A stretch of DNA of 60,613 nucleotides from Pseudomonadota bacterium (GTDB lineage: Bacteria > Pseudomonadota > Gammaproteobacteria > Chromatiales > Chromatiaceae): positions 1-60,613 of the forward strand of contig JBPOHE010000007.1 of NCBI GenBank assembly GCA_052035915.1, in the 5' to 3' direction. Shown one piece after another: positions 28,103 through 36,499 of this stretch (the stretch's first letter is position 1; each line of letters begins with the position of its first letter). The position numbers were made by a program, and so were the translations under genes. A model generated the notes under the pieces. It had not been told where the DNA came from. It ran no database searches and worked only from the letters and a program-made list of their open reading frames with translations.

Positions 28103-28351
28103 ATGCGAATCACCGCTGAACTCGATCAACAGCACTTCGAACGATTGCAACAGCTCGAGCAACAGTCCGGCAAGGACACCTCGAGGCTGATTGAAGAGGC
28201 CATCGACGAGATGTTCGCCCACCGCAAGGACGTTCCGGCTCACCAAGCCCTCGAAATCATGCGTCGCAACGGCTTTATCGGCTGTATGGAGGGCGACGAC
28301 GACCTTTCGGTTCTCTACAAGGAAAAGCTCGACTGGTCCCATAAGCTATGA
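28103..28351 (+). CDS. vapB: ribbon-helix-helix antitoxin (VapB-like)
   Basis: Start trimmed to MRITAELDQQHFERLQQLEQQSGKDTSRLIEEAIDEMF (RHH pattern). It has a 4-nt overlap with the PIN gene. Confidence 0.7.
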   Translation: MRITAELDQQHFERLQQLEQQSGKDTSRLIEEAIDEMFAHRKDVPAHQALEIMRRNGFIGCMEGDDDLSVLYKEKLDWSHKL

Positions 28352-28767
28352 TCATCGCCGACACCGGTTTCTGGATCGCCTTGGGAAACCGCAAAGATCA
28401 GTTTCACCAAACGGCCATCGATGCCATGAAGCAGATCGATGAGCCCCTGATCACCACTTGGCCGGTCATGACGGAGGTCTGTCACCTTCTCCTCAAACAG
28501 CTCGGCGTGCGTGGCGAAACCTCGTTTTTGAAGAGCTGGCGCGATGGCGCATTCGTACTTTTCGATCTTCGAGACGAGCACTTACCCCGCCTGGTTCAGT
28601 TGGTCGAAAAGTACGCTGACTTACCTATGGACCTTGCTGATGCGTCGCTCGTCATCCTTGCCGAGGAGCTTCGCGAAGGCCGCATCCTGAGCACCGACCG
28701 CCGCGACTTTCGGGCTTACTGCTGGAAAAACCAGCACCCTTTTCATAATCTGCTGTTTGATCAATAA
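28348..28767 (+). CDS. vapC: PIN-domain toxin (VapC family)
   Basis: MIIADTGFWIAL... (acidic D5), ...TTWPVMTEV..., ...DLADASLVILAEEL... These are the conserved acidic positions of PIN ribonucleases. Confidence 0.8.
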   Translation: MIIADTGFWIALGNRKDQFHQTAIDAMKQIDEPLITTWPVMTEVCHLLLKQLGVRGETSFLKSWRDGAFVLFDLRDEHLPRLVQLVEKYADLPMDLADASLVILAEELREGRILSTDRRDFRAYCWKNQHPFHNLLFDQ

Positions 28768-28834
28768 CCATAAAGGGATTGTTTTTTCGCTCCTGAACGC
28801 CTATCCAGGCGGCGCCTCCGCGCCGCCCGGTGGG

Positions 28835-29983
28835 TTATCCCGGCCCGATCCTCACCAGCCCGTTCAGCACCCCTTCCAGCCCGCCGAAGACATGCAGGCT
28901 ACCGATCCGCTCGGTGACCTTCTCCAGGGTCTCCAATTCCTTGAGCCGCAGCAGCAGTGGGTTCTCCTCCATGAGCTTGGCGGTGTTGAGCAAAGAGCGG
29001 GTGGCGGCGGTCTCCTCCCGACGCTTGATGACGTTGGCCTGGGCCGCCTTTTCGGCCTCCACCACCTGGTTGAGGATCGTCTTCATCTCGCCGGGCAGGA
29101 TCACGTCCTTGACCCCCACCTCCCGCACCTCCAGCCCGAAGGGGGCCACCTTGGCCCGCACCTGCTCCAAGAGCCCGGAGTCCAGGGACTCCTTGTCTCC
29201 CAGCAGTTCTTCCAGGGTGCGAGTGCCGACCGCCTGCCGCAGGGCGAATTGCAACTCGCGGTAGAGAAAACCGCTCCAGTCCTCCAGCTCGGCGCGGGCC
29301 TTCAGCGGATCGGCGAGGCGGAAGCCGGCGCTCAGGTTGAGCCTCAGGCTCACCTTGTCCTTGGTGAGGATCTCCTGGCCTCCCACCTCCAGGGTTTGGA
29401 GCCGCAGGTCCAGGGTCTCTACCTTGACCGCCCGCAACCAGGTCCAAAACCCATGCAGACCGGGCTTGAGGCTGTCCACCAAGTCGCCGTCCACGAACAC
29501 CAAGCCGAGATGCTGGGCCTTGACCTCAACCACCAGCACCCCGGCGGACAAGGCCCTGACCAGGACCGGCTGGCTGCGGGAGCGTGCGATCAAGTCCAAT
29601 ACCGCTACGGGCACTCGCAGGTCGTCGCCGATCTCGATCAGCTCCACCCGTACCTCCACCGGGCCGCGCCAGTAAACGCGCCGGGCGGCGGGCGGCAAGA
29701 GATCGGTCAGCTTGTCGTCCTGGAACACCAGTCCCACCTGGCGCTCACCCACATCCACCCGTTGCAGGTGGGCGGCACAGACCTCCGGGGCGGTGCGCAC
29801 CAGCATCTCGGCGCCAGCGAGTTCGAGCTCCACCCGACCCAGGTCGCAGAGCTGTACCGCGACCCGATTCAAGGGGTCGAAGTAACGGTAGACACCGGGC
29901 CTGAGCACGGCCCGCAGGGTACGGTCGCGAAACAGCAGGCCACGCTCCTGCTGGGCCACCACGATGCGCCTGAATCCGAACAT
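28835..29983 (-). CDS. SPFH/band-7 (slipin-type) domain protein
   Basis: Start set at the ATG at 29983 (MFGFRRIVV; GAAAGGAGAA upstream). The C-terminal half is SPFH: TKDKVSLRLNLSAGFRL...LEVREVGVKDVILPGEMKTILNQVVEAEKAAQANVIKRREETAATRSL. Confidence 0.8.
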   Translation of the reverse strand: MFGFRRIVVAQQERGLLFRDRTLRAVLRPGVYRYFDPLNRVAVQLCDLGRVELELAGAEMLVRTAPEVCAAHLQRVDVGERQVGLVFQDDKLTDLLPPAARRVYWRGPVEVRVELIEIGDDLRVPVAVLDLIARSRSQPVLVRALSAGVLVVEVKAQHLGLVFVDGDLVDSLKPGLHGFWTWLRAVKVETLDLRLQTLEVGGQEILTKDKVSLRLNLSAGFRLADPLKARAELEDWSGFLYRELQFALRQAVGTRTLEELLGDKESLDSGLLEQVRAKVAPFGLEVREVGVKDVILPGEMKTILNQVVEAEKAAQANVIKRREETAATRSLLNTAKLMEENPLLLRLKELETLEKVTERIGSLHVFGGLEGVLNGLVRIGPG

Positions 29984-30456
29984 GATTCTTCTCCTTTCTA
30001 CACAAGGGCGGCTTGCCGCCTGGGAAGAGAGCCGCCCGCTGTTGGCGGACGCCTTCTCCATTGGCCTCGACAGGGCCGGATAGGCCAGGTCGAGGCGGTA
30101 GTGGCGGCCAAGTCCCGGAGAGGGGAAAGGCGGCCACCGCCGAATAAGCCGTTCCGGGATCGCCGGAGGCGGCTGAAAATCTGGAGACCACCCCGCACCC
30201 GCCCAGCGGGCCACGGGGGCCGGGGGATGGACCCAGGACGGGCCTCGGTAAGGGGCGCTCCGGCGCTGTTTCACTCCTGTGATCCCCTACCTTGGCTGGT
30301 TCTGGGCCGACCCTCCCCGCCGATCCGTCACACAAGCCGGGCGGGTGCCGCGACGCTTGGCGGTCGGGGAGTCGCCTCCCCGCTTCCCCCTCCGTCGCCG
30401 GGGGGTTCCATGCTGTCAAGCGGATTCGAACCGCGGACCCTTGCGGGTCTTTCCTA

Positions 30457-30531
30457 TGGCGGAAATGGAGGATTTGAACCCCCTACCCACTGGTGATCGG
30501 CCAGTTGCTCTACCCAACGAGCTCATTTCCA
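30457..30531 (-). ncRNA. tRNA-like element with non-canonical positions (possible tRNA pseudogene)
   Basis: The minus strand folds into a cloverleaf: (U)GGAAAU-GA-GCUC-GUUGGGUA-GAGC-A-ACUGG-CCGAUCA-CCAGU-GGGUA-GGGGG-UUCAAAU-CCUCC-AUUUCC(G)-CCA. It is non-canonical at several points: the anticodon loop CCGAUCA has C33 and C37, position 8 is G, and the 1-72 pair is U-G or missing. A second T-arm/acceptor fragment (GGUCCGCGGUUCGAAUCCGCUUGACAGCA) follows at 30411-30446. Confidence 0.35.
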
Positions 30532-30678
30532 CGGGCTTTCAAGGATCTCGCTGCCCCGGTACGGACCCTGCGATCGCGCCATCCATTCGAGGCGGCGGAG
30601 AGGCTTGGGCACGCCAGGCCGGAATGGGAACCGGCACCGCTGGAGCAGAGAGCCTTCCCTGAAAGAGTTTTACGGGGC

Positions 30679-30840
30679 TTAAGGCGATTTCTGTCAAAAG
30701 ATAACCAGCCTGCGGGTCTGTTCGTCCGCCTTCGGTGTTCCGCCAGCCGTTACAGAGCTCGCTCTGCGCCGTCTGACGCGCCTGGAAAGCGAACGAACCG
30801 CCGTCGCATTCAGGTATGTCTTTTTCCGGCAATCGCCTAA
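30679..30840. repeat. MITE-like repeat family D, copy 1 (about 160 bp)
   Basis: The element runs TTA(A)GGCGATTTCTGTCAAAA...CCGGCAATCGCCTAA, with terminal inverted repeats TTAGGCGAT/ATCGCCTAA. It aligns along its whole length with 37505-37664. Confidence 0.8.
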
Positions 30841-31107
30841 AACGACAGAGCCCCGGACGGCGTCATGCCGACCGGGGCTCTGAGTCCGGAAGGCATCGCC
30901 GAGCGGGCCTTCCGCAATGGAATTCCGGAAGCCCTAGATCAGGTTGAATTTCCCACCGCGCCCGTGCGCGGCCACTTGGTTGAATGTATTCGGGTCATGG
31001 ATCATTGGACTTGGATACCAAACATGCGCTGGAAAGAAGGCGGCGGATTCTAAGCCGAAACCGCGGATTGTCAATAAGCATTTTATCCATGACGACCGGG
31101 CAATCGC

Positions 31108-33645
31108 CTAATCTCCGCACTCGGCCGGCGTCATGGGCAGATCCCGGGTTTCGGCGATCGAGAAGGGGGCGAATACCGCCTTGTAGGGGAAGAAGCCCTC
31201 CGCCCAGGCGAAGAGGGTCACCTGGCCGTTGCCGTCCGTCGGGATATCGTCCAAGGCGTACAGACCGTCGCCACCACAACTGAACTGGCTCTGGCCGTTG
31301 GCCAGCAGCATGGCGCAGACGGGGATGGTCGTCCCCGCCAGAAACACCTTGCCCGAAAGACTTGCCTTGGGCAGGCTGCTGTGTTGAGTGGTCGTACCAC
31401 CGTCCGGCCCCTGGCAGGGTGACACCCTCATGGCCACATCGACCTGCCCGAAGGTCGTGTCTGGGGTGAACACCAGCTTATAGGGATCGAAACCATCGGC
31501 CCAAGAATACAGGGTGACCTGGTCCTGACTATCGAGGGGAATGGATTGCAAGGCGAAGCGGCCTTCCCCATCACAACTGAACTGGCTCCGGCCGTTGGCC
31601 AACACCAGGGCGCAGACAGGGATGTCGGTGCCGAACAGGGAGACGACGCCGGAGAGGTCGATCTGGGAAAAGAGACTCAGTTTGGCGACGAAGGCGTCAT
31701 CATAAGAATTGCCGTTATGCGCCCGAAGCGGAGCACCCCAGGTGGCCAGACTCCAACCGGTCACGTAGACATGACTGGTTCCCTTCAGCGCAATACCTTT
31801 GCCCGAATCGGTTTCGCTGCCGAGAAAGGTGTTCCAGAGGAGGAAGCCATTGAGGTTGAGCTGGGCGACAAAGGCATTGGGACATGGGAAGGTGTACCCA
31901 TCGCCGCAGGTTCCACCGCTATAAGGCTGGAGCGGACTGGCCCAGGTGGCGGAACTGTACCCAGTCACAGAAAGATTGCCGTTGGCGTTTATCGCGAGGC
32001 CATAGCCGAAATCGTTATGGCTGCCGCCGAGGAAGCTGTTCCAGAGCAGGGCGCCATCAGCGTCGATCTGGGCGACAAAGGCGTCGATACAAGGGTATAT
32101 TCCAGGGGCAGAGCCGCAAGCTCCGCCGCTATGCGTCCGCAACGGGCTGCCCCAGGTGGCGTCGCTACCTCCCGTCACATAGACATGGTCACTGTCGTCC
32201 AGGGCGATACCCCGACCTGAATCGTAGCCGCTGTTACCAAGAAAGGTGTTCCAGAGCAGCTCGCCATGGGCGTCGAGCTTGGCGACAAAGGCATCGTAAC
32301 CGCCGCTATGCGCCCGTAGTGGACTACCCCAGGTAGCGAAACTGTACCCGGTCACATAGATATGGCCACTGCCGTCTAGGGCGATGCCATAACCGAGGGC
32401 CCCGTCGCTGCCGCCGAGGAAGCTGTGCCAGAGCAGGGCGCCATTGGGGTCGAGCTTGGCAACAAAGGCACCGGCACCACTATGCGTCCGCACCGGGTTG
32501 CCCCAGGTGGTGCCGCTGCCTCCCGTCACATAGACATGGCCACTGCCGTCCACGGCGATACCATAGCCGAAATCGTTTTGGCTGCCGCCGAGAAAGACAT
32601 TCCAGAGCAGGGCGCCATCGGCATCGAGCCGGGCGGCAAAGGCATCGGTACAAGGGATTGGCACACGGTAACCACAATATCCGCCACCATACTCTCGCAA
32701 CGGACTACCCCAGGAAGCGTTGCTGCGACCGGTCACAAAAATATGGCCGCTGCCATCCAAGGCGACACCCTCACCTAAATCGTCGCCGCTGCCACCCAGG
32801 AAGGTGTTCCAGAGCAAGGCGCCATCGGGATCGAGCTTGGCGACAAAGGCATCGTAACCGCCGCCATGCGCCCGTAGTGGACGGCCCCAGGTGGCGTCGC
32901 TGGAACCAGCGACATAGATGTTGCCGTCGCCATCCACCGCGAGGCCATTACCAGCATCACTACCACTACCGCCCAAAAAGGTATTCCAACTCAAGGTGGG
33001 ATCGATCCACAGCGGGCGGGTCGGATCGTGCTCACCCAACGCAAAGCCCAGTTCCCGTTCGCCATGCTGGACAAAGGAGACGCTGACGGATAGACGCTGG
33101 CCGTCCACTTCCTGCCAGGCGATGGGCGCGGATTCGCTGAGGACGCCGGTATCAAAACGGATGCTCAGGCGGCCATCGGCGGTGAGGTTCAAGGACCGGT
33201 TGTAGCGCAGCCGTACCTGATTGATGTCGGCGCCTGGTTGCAGTCGGTAGAGACTTTCGGCGATACCGCCCGGCGCGGCGTGGTAGCTGAGGTCGATGCC
33301 GTCCCAGAGATTGGGGTAGCGTACTTGCGTCAGGGGCGGGGCCGGCGACTCCTGGCCGGTCGCCGCCGGGGTGTCGCTCTGGGGGATGACAGGCTGGGCG
33401 TTGAGGAATTCCACCTTGAGCCCATGATGACCGCTGGCCGTGAGTAGGTACCGAGGAGCAAAACCCAGCACATGACCACCGGCGGTAAAGGTCTGTAGTT
33501 CAGGTGTCGGCGGCGAGGTGAGCGTTGTCCTGCCCTCCGGCAAGGGGGACGTCATGGGTTCCATCCCCCCGAGACTGGCTGATCCCACCCCCACCAGGCC
33601 GAGCAGCCCGGCCAATCCAAGTCCATACCACAGCTTCAGATTCAT
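31108..33645 (-). CDS. secreted SBBP beta-propeller-repeat protein with two C-terminal Cys-containing tandem domains
   Basis: Start set at the ATG at 33645 (MNLKLWYGLGLAGLLGLVGVGSA signal; AAGGAGGAA upstream). It has about 8 repeats of WNTFLGGSGxDxGxGIAxDGSGxxYVTGxSxATWGSPLRAHxGGxDAFVAKLDxxGxLLW. The tail has two about 95-aa repeats (IPVCALVLANGRSQFSCDGEGRFAL / IPVCAMLLANGQSQFSCGGDGLYAL). Confidence 0.85.
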   Translation of the reverse strand: MNLKLWYGLGLAGLLGLVGVGSASLGGMEPMTSPLPEGRTTLTSPPTPELQTFTAGGHVLGFAPRYLLTASGHHGLKVEFLNAQPVIPQSDTPAATGQESPAPPLTQVRYPNLWDGIDLSYHAAPGGIAESLYRLQPGADINQVRLRYNRSLNLTADGRLSIRFDTGVLSESAPIAWQEVDGQRLSVSVSFVQHGERELGFALGEHDPTRPLWIDPTLSWNTFLGGSGSDAGNGLAVDGDGNIYVAGSSDATWGRPLRAHGGGYDAFVAKLDPDGALLWNTFLGGSGDDLGEGVALDGSGHIFVTGRSNASWGSPLREYGGGYCGYRVPIPCTDAFAARLDADGALLWNVFLGGSQNDFGYGIAVDGSGHVYVTGGSGTTWGNPVRTHSGAGAFVAKLDPNGALLWHSFLGGSDGALGYGIALDGSGHIYVTGYSFATWGSPLRAHSGGYDAFVAKLDAHGELLWNTFLGNSGYDSGRGIALDDSDHVYVTGGSDATWGSPLRTHSGGACGSAPGIYPCIDAFVAQIDADGALLWNSFLGGSHNDFGYGLAINANGNLSVTGYSSATWASPLQPYSGGTCGDGYTFPCPNAFVAQLNLNGFLLWNTFLGSETDSGKGIALKGTSHVYVTGWSLATWGAPLRAHNGNSYDDAFVAKLSLFSQIDLSGVVSLFGTDIPVCALVLANGRSQFSCDGEGRFALQSIPLDSQDQVTLYSWADGFDPYKLVFTPDTTFGQVDVAMRVSPCQGPDGGTTTQHSSLPKASLSGKVFLAGTTIPVCAMLLANGQSQFSCGGDGLYALDDIPTDGNGQVTLFAWAEGFFPYKAVFAPFSIAETRDLPMTPAECGD

Positions 33646-33845
33646 AGATCGTTCCTCCTTCTGTCCTTTCTGATCGTTGTCTTCCGGGAATTCCACTGGG
33701 CGACAGAGTGTATCCCAGTCCGATCGCCAGCCATCAGTGACCTCGATCAAAGAATCAACACCTTCTCGGTCGATGACTGCCGTGACCGGCAGATCGGCGG
33801 CGATTTGTTGCTGATTGCGGTTTGCCCGGACCAGCACGAGCTGGG

Positions 33846-33962
33846 CCGGGCATGGGGGCACGAGTCGGCCTATTGTTCTTTTTATGAGAACAATATATTC
33901 AAAAAATAAATTATTGTTGTTTTTAAAAGAACGGAAATGAACCTATTCGGCCCGATGCCCGG
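33846..33962. repeat. MITE-like repeat family B copy
   Basis: Ends are CCGGGCATGGGG...GATGCCCGG. The core has TTGTTCTTTTTATGAGAACAA plus an AT-rich second half-site. It lies about 200 nt upstream of the SBBP gene start. Confidence 0.65.
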
Positions 33963-34164
33963 ATATTTCTGGTCGGGGACATCAGGGACGCCGGATTCAC
34001 TGCCCGGCGGCCCGCGAGCTCAAGGTCTCCGTCTCAGCGGACGCGCCAGACGACCACCCTTCACATGCCAAGATTGCACCCACCTCGGACAATGCCTAGA
34101 GTGATGAGCAGCCGCTCATGTTCATTGGCGGAGCGGACATCCCCAAAAGCGAGGTTTGAGGTTG

Positions 34165-34244
34165 GCAGAGTAGGTCGGCAATCCTTTGCCGACACTCCCT
34201 GATCGGCATCAAATGGCGGCAAGGGGTTGCCGCCCTACGAACTC
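34165..34244 (+). repeat. REP-like repeat family C, copy 2
   Basis: Near-identical to 25648-25727 and 52486-52567, in the same orientation. Confidence 0.8.
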
Positions 34245-34301
34245 GGAAGTGGCCACGAGAATTTCCAAGCAGCTTTTAGATATCTTTAGAGGTTGGGTTC
34301 T

Positions 34302-34847
34302 ATGGCGGGCATCACCCCGGAACAGGCGAATGCGGTATGGACGGCTTCCCCCTGCTTATTGCCGGGGACAGCGATACAAGCGGCCCTGGATCGTATGGCC
34401 GCCGAGATCACCCGGGTCCTGGCCACGGCGGATCCGCTGGTCTTGGTGGTGATGCAGGGAGGGGTGATTCCGGCTGGACAACTCTTACCCCGATTGGATT
34501 TCCCGCTACGCCTGGACTATGTGCATGCCACCCGCTATCGGGAACAGACCCGGGGCGGCGAACTGCATTGGCTGAAACCCCCGCCGCCATTGGCCGGGGA
34601 ATGCGTATTGATCCTGGACGATGTGTTGGACGAAGGCATCACCCTGGCCGAGATCGTCTCCGCCTGTTATCGGCAGGGCGCCAAACAGGTCTACACAGCC
34701 GTCGTGGTGGAAAAACACCGCCCCCGCCAGGTGCCCCTGGTGGCCGATTTCATCGGCGTGCGGGTGGAGGATAGGTATCTGTTCGGCTACGGCATGGACT
34801 ACAAAGGCTATCTACGCAACGCCAACGGCATTTATGCCGTGGACTGA
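34302..34847 (+). CDS. hpt: hypoxanthine-guanine phosphoribosyltransferase family protein
   Basis: PRPP-binding motif CVLILDDVLDEGITL. About 180 aa. An alternative TTG start lies at 34293. Confidence 0.8.
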   Translation: MAGITPEQANAVWTASPCLLPGTAIQAALDRMAAEITRVLATADPLVLVVMQGGVIPAGQLLPRLDFPLRLDYVHATRYREQTRGGELHWLKPPPPLAGECVLILDDVLDEGITLAEIVSACYRQGAKQVYTAVVVEKHRPRQVPLVADFIGVRVEDRYLFGYGMDYKGYLRNANGIYAVD

Positions 34848-35060
34848 ATATCACCCTGGCCAGACCGGGTTCAATCTCTTAGCGCTCAGAACCTTTTCCC
34901 TTTATGATTGTAGTTATTGATAAATAGAATGAACGCATAACCTGACCCCGGGAGGGGTACAGGGAAACCGAACAAATCCAGACCCGGTTGTTTTCCGCCG
35001 CTCTTTGGCGTGAAGGGTTTGGCCACCAGAGCGACCACCTATAATAGGAGGAGCCTTTTC

Positions 35061-35504
35061 ATGATTGCCCTTGACTCAGTCCGTGATCAGCATCTCCAAC
35101 TACAGGAGATGATTACCGATATCAAGGCCATGCTGAAGCCCGAGGTGCTCAGCATCAAGCCGAATGCCAAGCTGGCCTACGAGATGATCTGTTCCCTCGG
35201 GGTCAAGATGAAGGAACATCTGGCCGCCCAGGACGAGGGGTTGTATCCGAGTCTGTTGACCCACCAGGATCCCCAGTTGAAATCCGTCGCCTGGGGTTTC
35301 ATCAACGGCGAAAAACCTCTGCGGCGGGTATTCGACGATTACTACAAAAAGTGGCTGAAAGATTGCGACTTCAGCTTCAACACCGAGTTCATGACGGATA
35401 CCCGCGATTTGCTCACGATGCTGGAAAACCGTATCAACCGGGAGAAAACCCTGCTCCTGCCCAAACTGGAACAGACCGGCCTGTTCGGTCGCCTTCAAGC
35501 CTGA
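35061..35504 (+). CDS. hemerythrin-HHE-like cation-binding domain protein
   Basis: Start at the ATG at 35061 (AGGAGGAG upstream). A four-helix pattern with H...E pairs (DQHLQLQEMI, MKEHLAAQDEGLYPSLL). The assignment is tentative. Confidence 0.55.
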   Translation: MIALDSVRDQHLQLQEMITDIKAMLKPEVLSIKPNAKLAYEMICSLGVKMKEHLAAQDEGLYPSLLTHQDPQLKSVAWGFINGEKPLRRVFDDYYKKWLKDCDFSFNTEFMTDTRDLLTMLENRINREKTLLLPKLEQTGLFGRLQA

Positions 35505-35671
35505 GCCAGCCTTACCAAGGGACCGGCCGACCTGGACAGGCGGTCGGTCGGTTCGCTCGTTGCGTTTTGTATCCTTCAGATTCCCTTCCTTCGGTGGCCG
35601 CTATTCACATCCCCTCCGCCCGCCTCTCCCCCAGGGGATTGAACGATCAACGGCTGAGGTGACTCGGGGCC

Positions 35672-36406
35672 ATGCTGGCGATCATCGGCGGTTCCGGCCT
35701 GAACAGTCTCCAGGGGTTCGAGGTGCATCGCACCCTGGAGGTGGCGACCCCATTCGGTTCTCCTTCCGCCCCGCTCGGTTTCGGTCGCATCGGCGACCAC
35801 GAATTCATCTTTCTCCCCCGACATGGGGTGGGACACCGTCTCCCACCTCACCTGATCAATTACCGCGCCAATATCTGGGCGCTCTGGAAAGCCGGGGCGA
35901 AAACGATCATGGGGGTGGCCGCCGTCGGCGGGATCAGCCCCCGGATGCGCCCCACCAGCCTGGTGATACCGGATCAGATCATCGATTACACCTGGGGCCG
36001 GGAGTCGAGCTTCGGCACCGATTCGGACGGCCGGGTGCTTCACATCGACTTCACCCATCCCTATTGTGAAGCCCTGCGGCAGAACATCCTCGCCGCGGCG
36101 GAAGGGCTGGGGATCGCGGCGATCGACGGCGGCACCTATGGCGCCATGCAAGGCCCCCGCCTGGAAACCGCCAGGGAGATCCAGCGCCTGGAACGGGACG
36201 GTTGCGATCTGGTCGGCATGACCGGCATGCCGGAGGCCGCCCTGGCGAGGGAATTGGGCCTCTGTTATGCCTGTTGTGCCCTGGTGGCGAATTGGGCGGC
36301 CGGTAAAGAGGCTGCTATCCTCAGCATGACTGAAATCGAGCAGACCCTCCGGTTGGGTATGACCCAGGTGCTCAGACTCATTCCAGCCCTCCTCGATCAG
36401 TTTTGA
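35672..36406 (+). CDS. purine-nucleoside phosphorylase of the MTAP family (S-methyl-5'-thioadenosine/-thioinosine phosphorylase)
   Basis: 244 aa with MLAIIGGSGL...FLPRHGVGHRLPPHLINYRANIWAL...MTGMPEAALAREL. Confidence 0.85.
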   Translation: MLAIIGGSGLNSLQGFEVHRTLEVATPFGSPSAPLGFGRIGDHEFIFLPRHGVGHRLPPHLINYRANIWALWKAGAKTIMGVAAVGGISPRMRPTSLVIPDQIIDYTWGRESSFGTDSDGRVLHIDFTHPYCEALRQNILAAAEGLGIAAIDGGTYGAMQGPRLETAREIQRLERDGCDLVGMTGMPEAALARELGLCYACCALVANWAAGKEAAILSMTEIEQTLRLGMTQVLRLIPALLDQF

Positions 36407-36499
36407 CCGGTTATCGGCCCAGCCCAAAGGGTTGCAAGTGGGAATCTTCCGCTCGGGGCCATAATCGCCTCCCTACTTCTTTGTTTCCGGACAGCCAGT

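Noticed and set aside
29984-30456. RNase P RNA or tmRNA in the GC-rich gap next to the tRNA-like element.
   Set aside because: Short resemblances to RNase P CR-II/CR-IV-like strings exist. However, the universal GAGGAAAGUCCGGGC (P4) box is absent on both strands. I found no tag-peptide reading frame and no proper tmRNA 5'/3' acceptor pairing. Left as an unassigned structured region pending a covariance-model scan.
28757-30496. 579-aa plus-strand ORF, and the 479-aa version of the SPFH gene (28835-30274).
   Set aside because: The plus ORF is antisense to a well-supported SPFH gene and continues through ORF-free GC-rich DNA as Pro/Gly/Arg repeats. The SPFH gene has an internal ATG at 29983 with a strong Shine-Dalgarno sequence, and the upstream 97 codons look non-coding.
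31108-33861. Long N-terminal extensions offered by the ORF track. Affected ORFs are the SBBP protein, OmpA lipoprotein 3102-4421, Memo-AMMECR1 14862-16637, soxB 52907-55033, ctaB 46880-48169, SCO 46017-47051, purA 23530 and ABM 2744-3232.
   Set aside because: In each case an internal ATG is preceded by a good Shine-Dalgarno sequence. That ATG gives the family-typical N-terminus (signal peptide, Tat motif or P-loop). The extensions overlap upstream genes or repeats.
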